A stretch of DNA of 64,000 nt from Candidatus Iainarchaeum sp. (GCA_043812975.1 JBDRLP010000027.1:32001-96000); one strand, 5' to 3'; numbered from the stretch's first letter, positions 20,057 through 30,604 are shown. The notes: a model not told the origin generated them from the sequence alone. Made by a program: numbers and translations.

Positions 20057-20269
20057 TTATTTAAAATTTGGAGGAAGCCCAGATTTAAAAAATTCCATTG
20101 GAGATATCCCAAGTTTTTCTAATAAAGGAAGCATTTCTTCTCTTATTCTATCTACTTCTTCAGTGGTTTTAGCGACTCTAATTCTGGCGTCGTAATTTTT
20201 AATCTCGAGTATAGTTCCTCTTCTAGTAAAAGGAGTTTTACAGCCAAATTTTCTCCATAATCTTGGCAT
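20057..20269 (-). CDS. Small basic orphan protein
   Basis: 70-aa ORF with TTTAAATA close upstream (leaderless). Confidence 0.55.
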   Translation of the reverse strand: MPRLWRKFGCKTPFTRRGTILEIKNYDARIRVAKTTEEVDRIREEMLPLLEKLGISPMEFFKSGLPPNFK

Positions 20270-20307
20270 TATAAAATTTAGTCTTTAGTCCTATTTAAAG
20301 GAAACCC

Positions 20308-21138
20308 TTATTCGCTTTTATCCGCAAAAATCCTTGCACTCCACCCAAGGTGAAGCTCTATTCCGTCTCTTCCTTCTTTAGTGTAACATCCTTCAATCAA
20401 AACTTGATCGCCCTCAGAAAACCTTTCAACTTCATCACACATTTCATTCCATGCAGTCCCCCTTATTTCATTTACTCCTTCGCCAATCATAAAATTCATT
20501 ACTTTTCCTTTTCCTTTCCCGGTTTCGAATTCTTTTGCAGGAAAAACTCTTTTAATTTCAACTTTAACATTAACATCATTCATATTTAAATCAAGATCAG
20601 TTATACTCACAATATTTTTTTCAATTTCAGGAAGTTCAGCAGTTTCATCTTTTGCAAAAGAACTATTATAATTCAGGTTCAGTTGCAAAGTATTATTATA
20701 ACTGGTTACTGCGCAGTTGCTAAGTTTTAATGCAGTTCCTTTTTGGAGCCCCATTTCTGAAAACTTGTCAACATCTTTGTTCCAGAGGGTGGCTCTTATT
20801 TCTCCAGTGTCATCAAGCAGAATAACACTCTGTAATTTTCCCGTTCTGCCATTTTTGTCAAAATTTTTTGGAGCATAAGCCTGTTTTAGCCTTGCGATTA
20901 CATCAATATTATTCATTCCTTCTTTCAGAGAATTAATCTTTATAGCTTCAGTAGGCCTGCTATTCAAGTTAACCCCTAGTTCTTTGGCAATCATAAAAGC
21001 CGCACCTGAATCAGTTAATAATCCTGAAAATTTCTCTTTTTTCTGATCTATGAGCTGTTTAACCTCCGCATTCGTTTTTCCGCTTGAAGAAGCTATTGTT
21101 TCAACTATTCCTTGTTCTGCTGTCGCATTCATTTCCAT
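20308..21138 (-). CDS. Replication protein A-like, two OB folds
   Basis: DDTGEIRATLWN and IRGTAWN OB motifs; N-terminal IAKELGV helix. Confidence 0.85.
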   Translation of the reverse strand: MEMNATAEQGIVETIASSSGKTNAEVKQLIDQKKEKFSGLLTDSGAAFMIAKELGVNLNSRPTEAIKINSLKEGMNNIDVIARLKQAYAPKNFDKNGRTGKLQSVILLDDTGEIRATLWNKDVDKFSEMGLQKGTALKLSNCAVTSYNNTLQLNLNYNSSFAKDETAELPEIEKNIVSITDLDLNMNDVNVKVEIKRVFPAKEFETGKGKGKVMNFMIGEGVNEIRGTAWNEMCDEVERFSEGDQVLIEGCYTKEGRDGIELHLGWSARIFADKSE

Positions 21139-21190
21139 CCTAAAAGTCAAGTGCTTAAAGAATAAATAACTTACTCTCAAGAAAGCTATT

Positions 21191-21838
21191 ATGTTCGAAA
21201 AAATCACTGAAAACCTTTACCGGCTCATAGTGCAGGGAAATAGCAGCAATGTTTTTCTCATAAAAGCAGATCAAAATATTCTAATTGATACCGGTCTTGA
21301 AGCTGATTCAAAAAAACTTGAACAGGCTCTTGAAAATGAGAATCTAATCCCAAAAGATATTTCATTGATTTTACATACCCATGGCCATGCTGACCACATC
21401 GGAGGCGATATTTTGTTTCCTCGTGCTGAAAAATGGATGTCAAAGTTTGACGGTGAATTAGTAAATGAAAAAGACGATTCTTTTGTTCTTGCTTCGTGGT
21501 TTAATCAGTATCATTACCCGGAAATAAATAATTTTTACAAAAAAAATCAGGTTTTTGAATTCGGAAACTTTTCTTTGAAAGTTATTGAAACCCCTGGTCA
21601 TACTCGTGGAAGTGTTTCATTTTATGATGAAAAAAACAAAATTCTTTTTTCAGGAGATACTTTGTTCAAAGGAACAATAGGCCGTTATGATCTTAATTCC
21701 TCAAGCAAGGAAGAACTAACTGAAAGCATCAAGAAAATTTCCCAGTTGGATTATAAGATTCTTTTACCCAGCCACGGAGAAATATTACGGGAAAACCAAA
21801 AAGAGAATATAGAAGCCGCATTTAAGTTGCTTGAATAA
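21191..21838 (+). CDS. Metallo-beta-lactamase fold hydrolase
   Basis: THGHADHIG, TPGHT, FSGD. Confidence 0.9.
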   Translation: MFEKITENLYRLIVQGNSSNVFLIKADQNILIDTGLEADSKKLEQALENENLIPKDISLILHTHGHADHIGGDILFPRAEKWMSKFDGELVNEKDDSFVLASWFNQYHYPEINNFYKKNQVFEFGNFSLKVIETPGHTRGSVSFYDEKNKILFSGDTLFKGTIGRYDLNSSSKEELTESIKKISQLDYKILLPSHGEILRENQKENIEAAFKLLE

Positions 21839-21914
21839 ATTAAACTCCTTAAAAAGCTTTCCAATCCAGATTACATTTTTATATGGTTTAGAAGTTAGTT
21901 TATTAGTTGATTTT

Positions 21915-22694
21915 ATGGATGATGGCAAAATCTACAAGCAGATATTAAAGAGAATTCAGGAAAAAGGCGGTCTGGCTTTTACAGTAATAGACCCTCCAAA
22001 CCAGGAACCAGTAACCTCAGGAAAATTAGCAAAAGTAGCTGAAGAAGCAGGAATAGACGCAATTGCTGTTGGTGGTTCTGTAGGAGCGCAAGGAGAACTT
22101 TTAGATAATACTATTCTTCAAATAAAGGAAAATTGTTCTTTACCTGTTATTTTATTCCCTGGGAATATTGCTTCAATCAGCAAGCATGCCGATGCAATTT
22201 ATTTTATGTCAATGCTTAATTCTTTAGACCCCTATTATATTACTGGAGCTCAGATAGCGTCATCTTATCCTTTAAAAAAAACAGGGTTGGAAATAATTCC
22301 AACTTCTTATATTATTGTTGAGCCTGGCAGAGCCGTAGGATGGGTTGGCAGAAGCCAACCAATACCAAGAGAACTTCCTTACTTAGCAGGAATAACCGCA
22401 CTTGCCGGTGAATACATGGGTTCAAAGTTAGCAATTTTAGAATCAGGAGGAGGAGCCCAAAGCCCTGCCCCAAAAGAAATGATTGCTTATACAAGAAAAC
22501 TAATTGATATTCCTATTTTAGTTGCCGGCGGAGTAAAAAATGATAAATATGCTTATGATTGCATAAAAGCAGGAGCCGACATTGTTCATATTGGTACAGC
22601 AATTGAAAATGAATCCACTAATTTTTCAAAAGCAAAAGACTTAATGAAAAAACTAGCAACTGCGGTTACAAAAGCAGGAAAAGAAAAACAATAA
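21915..22694 (+). CDS. Geranylgeranylglyceryl phosphate synthase
   Basis: IDPP, VGGS, LFPGN, LESGGGA, GGV (PcrB/GGGPS family). Confidence 0.88.
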   Translation: MDDGKIYKQILKRIQEKGGLAFTVIDPPNQEPVTSGKLAKVAEEAGIDAIAVGGSVGAQGELLDNTILQIKENCSLPVILFPGNIASISKHADAIYFMSMLNSLDPYYITGAQIASSYPLKKTGLEIIPTSYIIVEPGRAVGWVGRSQPIPRELPYLAGITALAGEYMGSKLAILESGGGAQSPAPKEMIAYTRKLIDIPILVAGGVKNDKYAYDCIKAGADIVHIGTAIENESTNFSKAKDLMKKLATAVTKAGKEKQ

Positions 22695-23567
22695 TCAGTT
22701 CATTATTTTTCTCAAAGATTCTTTAGTTGAAAATTTAAAATCGAATCCCAGAGATTTAATTTTTTTGTTAGAATAATACCTGTCTCTTACCATCCTTTTC
22801 AGATAATCCAAGTCTAATAAAGGAACGATTTTCAAGTAACCATTAATGAAAGCAATAATTTTCCCTAAAAACAGAGGAACCTTTTTCAAAGGCTTTTTCA
22901 TACCGCTTTCTTTTCTAATGAATTCAGCAAGTTCTTTCAGAGTCATTGCTTCGTCATCGCAAAGCATAAAAGTTTCCTCAAAACAATTTTCATTGTTAAT
23001 AGAAAACAATATAGCATTCACAACATTTTCCAATGAAACAAGCTGCCAATGATTGGAACCGTCTCCAATAAGCGGAAAATCCTTTCTTATTATTTTGATT
23101 ATTTTATCCCAATAATGGCCTTTTCCTATTATTATTGCAGGTCTGAAAATTGTCACGGGAAAAATTTCCTGATAAGAAAGAACTTTCTGTTCTGCCTCCC
23201 ATTTACTTCTTTCATACCTAGTTTCAGGGTTTGGTTCTGTTTCCTCATTTTTTAATCCATGGGTTTTCCCAAAAACAGCTACACTACTCAAAAAAATAAA
23301 TTGTTTTACTCCATTTTCTGATGCTGCTTCTAAAACATTTTCAGTTCCTTTAACATTAACATCAAACAAATCAGCAGCATGTTCATCAAGCTTTGCTGCA
23401 CAATGTACAACAATATTAGCTCCCTTTAGAGATTTCTTAACCTGTTCAGTTTTAGTAACATCACAGTTCTGGCGGTTGCATTCAATAACATCAAAATGCT
23501 TTGCTTTTAGTTTTTTGACAAGTGCTTTTCCAACTAAACCATTGCTTCCTGTTACTGCAATTTTCAT
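22695..23567 (-). CDS. NAD-dependent epimerase/dehydratase
   Basis: VTGSNGLVG, YERSK. Confidence 0.88.
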   Translation of the reverse strand: MKIAVTGSNGLVGKALVKKLKAKHFDVIECNRQNCDVTKTEQVKKSLKGANIVVHCAAKLDEHAADLFDVNVKGTENVLEAASENGVKQFIFLSSVAVFGKTHGLKNEETEPNPETRYERSKWEAEQKVLSYQEIFPVTIFRPAIIIGKGHYWDKIIKIIRKDFPLIGDGSNHWQLVSLENVVNAILFSINNENCFEETFMLCDDEAMTLKELAEFIRKESGMKKPLKKVPLFLGKIIAFINGYLKIVPLLDLDYLKRMVRDRYYSNKKIKSLGFDFKFSTKESLRKIMN

Positions 23568-24607
23568 TTTGAATTCCTCATAATCAACAATAAGTCTTTT
23601 CCAAGTTTTTTCTTTTTCACAATTCGTATTTTTAAAGTCTTTTTGAGTTTAAACGCCTTTAAACCCTGTTTAATTTCTCTGTCAGCAATAATAAAAACCA
23701 ATCTATCAAACATTTTTTTTTCTAATAATTCTGAAGCAAGTCTGTTTCCTGGTTCAATCAAAACTGTTTTGATTCCAAAAGAATAAAGCTTTCCAAAAAC
23801 ATCATCCAAATCAACCCCCTTCTTTGAATCTTTTACAGTAACAACCTTTGCACCTTTCTCAAGTAACTTTTTGACTTTATTTTTCGGAGCTTTTTTTGTA
23901 CAGAAAATAATTATAGTTCCTTTTTCAGAAAACAATTTAGAATTCAAAGGGATTCTTGCTTTCGAATCAAGCACAATCCGTACAGGATTTCTTCCCTTTC
24001 TCACACTCAATTTTGGGTTATCTTTCAAAACAGTATTGATTCCAACAAGTATTGCATTATTTTGTGTCCGCAGTTTCTGAACAAATTCTAATGCTTGTTT
24101 TCCCGAAATTTTCTTTTTTTCCCTGTTTCCGAACGAAATAAATCCGTCATTGCTCATAGCAATTTTGATTGTTATTGTTGGGGTTTTAGTCTCACAATAA
24201 TTTGTTATGTAGAAGTCATATAGTTTTTTAGCTTCTTTTTCATTTGTAATCTTTACAATAATTCCGTGTTTTCTTAATTCTTTAACTCCGTTTCCTGATT
24301 CTTTGTTTGGGTCTCGCCAAGCAATAAAAACACGCTTAATTCCGGCTTCGATAATAGCTTTTGTACAGGGGGATTGCTTTCCATAATGATTACAAGGTTC
24401 AAGTGTCACAAAAAGGTCTGCTCCTTTGGCCTTTATGCCTGCTTTTTCAAGTGAGGTAGTCTCAGCATGTTTACCCCCAAATTGCTCATGAAACCCTTTT
24501 CCAACTACTTTTCCTTCCTTAACAACAATCGCTCCAACCATTGGATTTGGCCATGCATCTTTTCCTTTTTTGGCTAGTTTAATAGCTTCTGGCATGAAAT
24601 TTTTCAT
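23564..24607 (-). CDS. ribD: Bifunctional riboflavin deaminase/reductase RibD
   Basis: PNPMVGA, HAE, TLEPCNH...PC, GINTVLKDNP. Confidence 0.9.
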   Translation of the reverse strand: MKNFMPEAIKLAKKGKDAWPNPMVGAIVVKEGKVVGKGFHEQFGGKHAETTSLEKAGIKAKGADLFVTLEPCNHYGKQSPCTKAIIEAGIKRVFIAWRDPNKESGNGVKELRKHGIIVKITNEKEAKKLYDFYITNYCETKTPTITIKIAMSNDGFISFGNREKKKISGKQALEFVQKLRTQNNAILVGINTVLKDNPKLSVRKGRNPVRIVLDSKARIPLNSKLFSEKGTIIIFCTKKAPKNKVKKLLEKGAKVVTVKDSKKGVDLDDVFGKLYSFGIKTVLIEPGNRLASELLEKKMFDRLVFIIADREIKQGLKAFKLKKTLKIRIVKKKKLGKDLLLIMRNSK

Positions 24608-25434
24608 TAAAATCCTCCGGCTAATAAAAGACCCAGTTCAGGAAAAGCAAATGCCAATAAAACCCCTAAAAAAATAAAAACACCAAATCTAGGAAGATTC
24701 CTGTAAACAAAAATTTCTTTAATTCCTTTTTTTTCAAGTTCTTTTTTTTCTTTTTCCCCATAAACTCCTTTGAAGCCTTTCCCAAATTTTTCCCTTTCTT
24801 TTTCACTCATAAAATCAAATGCAATTATTTCATCTTCCTCAATGTCTTTCAATTTTATTTTTTTGAGAAAAAATTCTTTTCTGATTCCTTTTTCAAATGC
24901 AATAAAAAGAAGTCCAAAACTAAGAGGCAGTCCGAACATAAGCAAATAATTTATTGAAACAAAACCTGTTTTTGAAAGAACAAACAAATAAACAATCAAA
25001 ATTACTAGGAAACCAAGTGCTCTCATTATCCCTTGTTTGTTATACTGAAAGTTAATGCCTTTTCTGAAATATTTTATCATGTAATAAGTTGAAAGAAAAA
25101 TTATTGAAGTTAAAGCAGATAAAAGAACCGCTTGAATAATGAAAACGCTATTGTTGAAGAAAGGCAAAGCCAAAGCAATTCCTGTGTAAAGCTTTACATC
25201 GCCACCGCCGATTTTTCCTGTGTAATAGAGCGCATAACCAATTCCGAAAACTAATAATCCTAAACCTATCCCTAAAAATTCTTGTTCAATAAGGTTCATG
25301 AACAAGCCAAAAACAATTAGCGGGATTGTTATCCAGTCATAAATGTAACCGGTTTTAAAATCAACATAACCCCCGACTCCCGCGGCAAGAAGTATCGCTA
25401 GTTGTCTTAGTAAAATAAGTTCCATGTTTATCAA
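24607..25434 (-). CDS. A24-family prepilin peptidase
   Basis: YVDFKTG.IYD and IGGGDVKL aspartate motifs, multi-TM. Confidence 0.85.
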   Translation of the reverse strand: MINMELILLRQLAILLAAGVGGYVDFKTGYIYDWITIPLIVFGLFMNLIEQEFLGIGLGLLVFGIGYALYYTGKIGGGDVKLYTGIALALPFFNNSVFIIQAVLLSALTSIIFLSTYYMIKYFRKGINFQYNKQGIMRALGFLVILIVYLFVLSKTGFVSINYLLMFGLPLSFGLLFIAFEKGIRKEFFLKKIKLKDIEEDEIIAFDFMSEKEREKFGKGFKGVYGEKEKKELEKKGIKEIFVYRNLPRFGVFIFLGVLLAFAFPELGLLLAGGF

Positions 25435-26777
25435 CGAATTTTGAATTTTTTCTTTTTAGCAAACATTCCCTGTAACTTTTTCATGTTCATTCCTTTTCCG
25501 TCTTCAAACTTTTTAGCATCAACATTGCTGAATTGCTTGAAAACTTTTTTCATTTTCTTAAAACTTTTTATAAGCTCTCTTACTTCTTCCTGGTTAACTC
25601 CTGAGCCTTTTGCAATCCTCGCAATCCTGCTTTTGTTCATTATATCAGGATTTGTTTTTTCTGGTTTAGTCATCGAATCAATTATAACTCCAAATTTATC
25701 CAGTTTTTGTTCTCCTACTTCTGCCATTTCTTTTGGCAGTTGCTGGCTCATCCCCATCATGTCAAGGACTTTTCCCATTGGCCCCATTTTTCTTGCGGCT
25801 TTCATCTGCTGATAAAAAGTTTCTAAAGTAAATTCTCCTTTCAGGAGTTCTTCAGGATCTAATTGTTCTTCTTCCTGAACTTCTTTTGCTTTCTCAAGCA
25901 ATGATTGAAGGTCACCATAACCCATTATTCTGCTTAAATAACGTGTTGCATCAAACTCCTGCAGGTCATCAGGTTTTTCTCCGGTTCCAATAAAATAAAC
26001 ATTTGAATTTGTTAAATGACAAGCAGCTAATGCACCTCCTCCTTTTGCTGATCCATCCATTTTCGTTATTATAACTCCATTAACGCCGACACTTTTGTGG
26101 AATGCTTCAGCCTGTTTCTTAGCTACTTGTCCGACATCTGAGCCAATCACAAGCCATTTTTCTTTTGCTTTGAAAACATTTTCAATTGCCTTTATTTCTT
26201 TTGTGAGTTCTTCATCCAGAGCACTTCTTCCTGCAGAATCACAAATAACCAAATCATAATCTTTGAATTCTTTTAACCCTTGTTCAATTATTCTCGTTGC
26301 ACTCTTTTCTTTTTTATTCCCGTAAAAACCCGCTTTCACTTTTTCTGCAATAGTTTTTAGTTGTTCAAATGCAGCAGGCCTGAAAACATCTGCGGCAATA
26401 ACCCCTACTTTTAATCCTCTTTTGATGTACCATTTTGCAAGCTTTCCTGTTGTTGTGGTTTTTCCGCTTCCGAACAATCCAACAAGCAAAATCTTTTCTG
26501 GTTTTTCCGGGGGTTTAACATGCCCTCCAAGAATCTCTGCAAGATTATCGTGTGTGGCTTTAATCACATGCTCTCTTCTGTTAATTCCTTTTGGCAAGTC
26601 CTGGAATGCTTCTTCTTCTATTTTTTTGCTTAATTTTAGAACTAGGTTTATTTCCATGTCAGAACTAATGAGTGCTCTTTGCAGTTCCTTGATTACTTCT
26701 TTAACCGCGGCTTTGTCAATTTCGGAACTGTTTCTCAGTTTTTCCATTGCTTTTCTCAGGTTTTCTCCAAGTCCCAT
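25431..26777 (-). CDS. srp54: Signal recognition particle protein SRP54
   Basis: GLFGSGKTTT, DSAGR, TKMDGSAKGG, M-domain SRIARIAKGSG. Confidence 0.95.
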   Translation of the reverse strand: MGLGENLRKAMEKLRNSSEIDKAAVKEVIKELQRALISSDMEINLVLKLSKKIEEEAFQDLPKGINRREHVIKATHDNLAEILGGHVKPPEKPEKILLVGLFGSGKTTTTGKLAKWYIKRGLKVGVIAADVFRPAAFEQLKTIAEKVKAGFYGNKKEKSATRIIEQGLKEFKDYDLVICDSAGRSALDEELTKEIKAIENVFKAKEKWLVIGSDVGQVAKKQAEAFHKSVGVNGVIITKMDGSAKGGGALAACHLTNSNVYFIGTGEKPDDLQEFDATRYLSRIMGYGDLQSLLEKAKEVQEEEQLDPEELLKGEFTLETFYQQMKAARKMGPMGKVLDMMGMSQQLPKEMAEVGEQKLDKFGVIIDSMTKPEKTNPDIMNKSRIARIAKGSGVNQEEVRELIKSFKKMKKVFKQFSNVDAKKFEDGKGMNMKKLQGMFAKKKKFKIR

Positions 26778-26851
26778 AGTTATCACTAAAATATAGTAGA
26801 TTGTATAATAAAAAAAGAATTAAATAGAGGGGAAAAACCCTCTTTTTGTTA

Positions 26852-27061
26852 TTAAGCCTTTGCTACTTCTTGGATTACTTTCTTTGCTTCAGTTCCTTCT
26901 TGTACTTCTTTCTTTTTGGTTCTGAAATTAGCATATGGCCTGTATTTTGTTTTAGTCCATGCTTCAGGCTGTTTTTTTCTCATTTTGAATTCTTGTGCTA
27001 AAAGTTCCATTCTGAACTCTTCGTTAGACTCCATTCCTAATAGGTCGTTTAAAGATGTCAT
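26852..27061 (-). CDS. Hypothetical small protein
   Basis: ORF directly downstream of TRAM gene, same strand. Confidence 0.55.
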   Translation of the reverse strand: MTSLNDLLGMESNEEFRMELLAQEFKMRKKQPEAWTKTKYRPYANFRTKKKEVQEGTEAKKVIQEVAKA

Positions 27062-27066
27062 GTGAA

Positions 27067-27474
27067 TCATTCCTCCTTTTTTTCTTCGTTTTCATCAGAA
27101 TCTTCTTCAGAATCATCCTCAGTCTCTTCCTCGGTTTCCTCTTCAGTTTCTTCTGCTTCTTTATCTGCTGTGTCTTCGGTCTCTGTTGCTTCTTCATCTG
27201 TGCTTGGGTCTTCGTCTGAATCTTCCTGAGTTTCTGCCTCACCATCAGCAGCTTCCTCAGAATCTCCAATAACTTCCCCAAAGCTTACTTTGCCTCTTAC
27301 AGCATTAATCTTTACTTTTACTTTATCTCCTTTCTGCACGTTAGGCACTATAATCACATAGTTGTTAACTCTAGCGATTCCGTCGCCTTTTTCTCCAATT
27401 CCTTCAATTTCGACATCATAAATGTCTCCTTCTTTTACCGGAATTGCACCAAATCTTCCTCTTTTTCCGTCCAT
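27067..27474 (-). CDS. TRAM-domain RNA-binding protein with long acidic tail
   Basis: PVKEGDIYDVEIEGIGEKGDGIARV, then D/E-rich tail. Confidence 0.88.
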   Translation of the reverse strand: MDGKRGRFGAIPVKEGDIYDVEIEGIGEKGDGIARVNNYVIIVPNVQKGDKVKVKINAVRGKVSFGEVIGDSEEAADGEAETQEDSDEDPSTDEEATETEDTADKEAEETEEETEEETEDDSEEDSDENEEKKEE

Positions 27475-27646
27475 TTAATTTCCCCCTTTACTTATTTTTC
27501 AAACAACGTGCGGATGCCAATCAAAACCTGTCTAATGAATTATTACTCATAGAATAAGGTTATTTGTTGAAATCCAATCCTATATTAATAGGTGCTTTTA
27601 AACTATTTAAATGAATCCCTTTTTGCCAGAATCAGCTTATATTGAT

Positions 27647-27934
27647 TTATTTTAGCACTTCTAGGGTTCCTTGTCTGCCTGTACCTAACTGCACTTGGCC
27701 TCGGAATTCAGAGCAGTAACCATTAGAAATCTTGATTTTATCGCCCTCTTCGACCTGATCTGTCTGTTCATTCCATAGGCTAAGGCTTACTTCTCCGGTT
27801 TCATCCTTTCCTGCACAGTTACATACTGTTCCGGATCCTTTTTCATTAGCCCATTTCCTGATTTCGCCTTTTGAGGTTATTTCAAGTTCGATTTCATCAA
27901 CTGGCGCTCTTGCTTTTAGTTCTGAAACTTTCAT
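27647..27934 (-). CDS. Single-OB-fold ssDNA-binding protein
   Basis: MKVSELK, DETGEVSLSLWN, KISNGY. Confidence 0.85.
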   Translation of the reverse strand: MKVSELKARAPVDEIELEITSKGEIRKWANEKGSGTVCNCAGKDETGEVSLSLWNEQTDQVEEGDKIKISNGYCSEFRGQVQLGTGRQGTLEVLK

Positions 27935-28037
27935 AGTAAACTCACTTAGAATATGAAAACTATAAATGCTTTTAAAACAACCGTTGCGTCGGTTGGGTGC
28001 GCGGATGTCCAACCCATCTGCGATGGGTTATAATGCC

Positions 28038-28863
28038 AAATTAGAAATCAAATAATTCTATCAATAATAAATTCAGGTTTGAATTCAAGCCCTTCTGCGG
28101 ATTCTTGAAAGTCTTTTTCGAGAAATTTCAAACCCCCACGAGTTTTTTGCTAGTGTTCTGAGAATATTTGGGGGCCTGCCTAAAAGCGAGTTATGGGTTT
28201 TAGCGGGGAGGTATCTTGCGGCAATTCTGTTTCGGGTTCCATGAGGCAGTAATCTTAAAGCACCCCTACTGATGTGTATTTTTGGCGGGTCTAATCTCCG
28301 TGCTGAATAATGTTCTCCTGAAAAGTGTATGAATGCATCTATTAGTGCAGCATCAAAGTTTTTTCCTGTTGCTTTTAGAAAATCTCTTGGACCTTTCCCT
28401 TTTACCCCGTGCATTTCTGATATAATAAATGGCAGGCCAATCCTGATTTCAATCGAGCCAACAATATTGTTGGCCTTGTCTACTATTTGCAGTGTTGGTA
28501 CATTGAAGTGTTCTTTGTCATTCACTATCATAAAATTACTGTATTGGATTCTGTATCCGTTTCCAAGGTCTTTCTTGAATCTTGTCATTGCACTGCAAAA
28601 CGAAAATAAGTCAGCTCTGTCTTTTTCGCTTAAAGATTTCAAATCATGAGATATACTAGATATCGATATATGCGGTTCTATTTTTGTTGAAAGAATTTTT
28701 TCAGTAGTAAGAACCCCAAGTAATTCTCTTAATTGGTCGTCTAATTCTCTTTCAAGATTTTTTTGGTTCTGTCCCATAATTTTATAATGTTCCTTGAGAA
28801 TTTAAATTTTGTTAAAATTAGAAATCAAATAATTCTATCAATAATAAATTCAGGTTTGAATTC
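28038..28863. repeat. 49-bp perfect direct repeat of ftsY 3' end flanking an orphan gene
   Basis: aaattagaaatc...caggtttgaattc at 28038-28086 and 28815-28863. Confidence 0.92.
28085..28777 (-). CDS. Orphan protein with Arg-rich C-terminus
   Basis: 230-aa ORF, own TATA-like TTTAAATT, ends KRLSRIRRRA. Confidence 0.7.
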   Translation of the reverse strand: MGQNQKNLERELDDQLRELLGVLTTEKILSTKIEPHISISSISHDLKSLSEKDRADLFSFCSAMTRFKKDLGNGYRIQYSNFMIVNDKEHFNVPTLQIVDKANNIVGSIEIRIGLPFIISEMHGVKGKGPRDFLKATGKNFDAALIDAFIHFSGEHYSARRLDPPKIHISRGALRLLPHGTRNRIAARYLPAKTHNSLLGRPPNILRTLAKNSWGFEISRKRLSRIRRRA

Positions 28864-30117
28864 TAATAAATCCTCATACCTTTGCCCTGTTCCCACAAAC
28901 ACAATTGGCTTTTTCAATTTGTATAAAAGCGAAATAGCGGTTCCACCTTTTGTATCAGTATCTATTTTGCTTAGTATAAATCCGTCGATTCCAATTGCAT
29001 TATCAAATTCAGTTGCCTGTTGCAGAAGAGCCTGTCCGGTGTAAGCTTCTCCCACATATAATTTCACATCTGGTTTAATCACGCGTTCAATTTTTTTAAG
29101 TTCTTCAATCAGATTTTTGTTGGTGTCCTGTCTTCCTGCAGAATCGATTAAAACAACATCAATATTTTTTGCTTCTGCTGCTTTCACTGCATCAAATGCA
29201 ACAGCTGCAGGATCGCTTCCGTAATTATGCTTTACAACTTTAACTCCGAGTTTTTTCCCGTGTTCTTCTAACTGATCAATTGCTGCTGCTCTGAAAGTAT
29301 CTCCTGCTGCCAGAATAACGCTTTTCCCATGCTCCATAAAGTACTTAGAAATTTTTGCTATTGAGGTTGTTTTACCTGCTCCGTTTGGACCCAAAAATAA
29401 AATTTTTAATGGTTTTTCTGTTCTTGTAAGCAAATCTATTTTTTCTGTTTGCATTATTTTTTCAAGAGAACTTTTAACTTCTGCTTTAAGAAATTCTCCA
29501 ATATCTTCTTTTGCAGAAATATCTTTTCCAATCAGCCGTTCTTTTAATTCATTTACAATTGCTTCTGCAGTATCCTGTTCAACATCAGATTCCAATAAGC
29601 TTAATTCAAATTCATCAAAAAATTCTCCTGCTTCTTTTTCGGTTATTTTTATTTTCCCGCCTACAAAACCGAATAGTTTTTTCCCTAAACCAACTTTTGC
29701 CTTTAATTCTCTTTTCTCATCTTCACGAATTTCTTTTACTTTTTCTTCAGGGGTCTTCTCTTCACCGCCGATAGAAAATTCTCCTTCTTTTATTTCAGGT
29801 TCTTCAATTTCTTCAGTTTGTGGTTCAGTTTCAAGTTCAATTGGTTCCTCAGTTTCCTGTTCCGGTTTTTCAATTATTTCTTCTTTAGAAACAGTTTCCT
29901 CAACAACAGGAGTTTCTTCAATTTCTTTAGTTTCAATAACTTTTTCCTTAACTTCCTGTTTTATTTTAGGTTCTTTTTTTTGTTCCAGAATTGGTTCTTT
30001 TTTCTCCTGAACTTCAGTAATTTGTTCAGGTTCTGGTTTTTTCGGTTCCTGTTTTTGTAGTTTTTCCATTAATTTATCTGTAAAATTAGAGACCTTTTTC
30101 TTTAGGAAATCAAACAT
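28825..30117 (-). CDS. ftsY: SRP receptor FtsY
   Basis: Acidic N-region, GPNGAGKTT, DTFRAAA, DSAGR. Confidence 0.95.
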   Translation of the reverse strand: MFDFLKKKVSNFTDKLMEKLQKQEPKKPEPEQITEVQEKKEPILEQKKEPKIKQEVKEKVIETKEIEETPVVEETVSKEEIIEKPEQETEEPIELETEPQTEEIEEPEIKEGEFSIGGEEKTPEEKVKEIREDEKRELKAKVGLGKKLFGFVGGKIKITEKEAGEFFDEFELSLLESDVEQDTAEAIVNELKERLIGKDISAKEDIGEFLKAEVKSSLEKIMQTEKIDLLTRTEKPLKILFLGPNGAGKTTSIAKISKYFMEHGKSVILAAGDTFRAAAIDQLEEHGKKLGVKVVKHNYGSDPAAVAFDAVKAAEAKNIDVVLIDSAGRQDTNKNLIEELKKIERVIKPDVKLYVGEAYTGQALLQQATEFDNAIGIDGFILSKIDTDTKGGTAISLLYKLKKPIVFVGTGQRYEDLLEFKPEFIIDRII

Positions 30118-30151
30118 AAGGTTAATAGGTCTGCAAGAGAATTACTCAGAA

Positions 30152-30598
30152 TTAATTCTGAGAGGCGTTTTGCTTTTGCATGTGCTGTCTTCCTGCGGCC
30201 AATACTTGTTCAAGCTGGTTTACTCTAGTGATAGCCTTTTGCTGGTCTTCAGCAATTTTTCCTATTGTTTTGTTCATGTTTTCGATTTTATTATCAATAA
30301 TCTTAATCAATTCTTTTGAATCTTTTGTTTTGAAAATATTTCCTGAAAGTGAACTTATTGCTTTTGAAGTTTCATCTATTGCAGCACTCATGTAAATGCC
30401 TGCCCCGAGATTAATTAGAATTTTTTCGCCTTTTTTGGCTTTTCCGATTTCAGTTAAAGCATCTTTAGCCGCTAGTAATTCTGTTTTGAATTCTTGAAAC
30501 CTTTTTACCTGATCATTTATTTGCGCAAGCTTTTGTTTTTCCTGATTTGCCATTTGGATTAACTGGTTTCCGGTTAATTTTACTTTTTTTCCATCCAT
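30152..30598 (-). CDS. pfdA: Prefoldin alpha subunit
   Basis: Coiled coils with ILINLGAG hairpin; conserved position upstream of ftsY. Confidence 0.85.
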   Translation of the reverse strand: MDGKKVKLTGNQLIQMANQEKQKLAQINDQVKRFQEFKTELLAAKDALTEIGKAKKGEKILINLGAGIYMSAAIDETSKAISSLSGNIFKTKDSKELIKIIDNKIENMNKTIGKIAEDQQKAITRVNQLEQVLAAGRQHMQKQNASQN

Positions 30599-30604
30599 TT
30601 TTAA

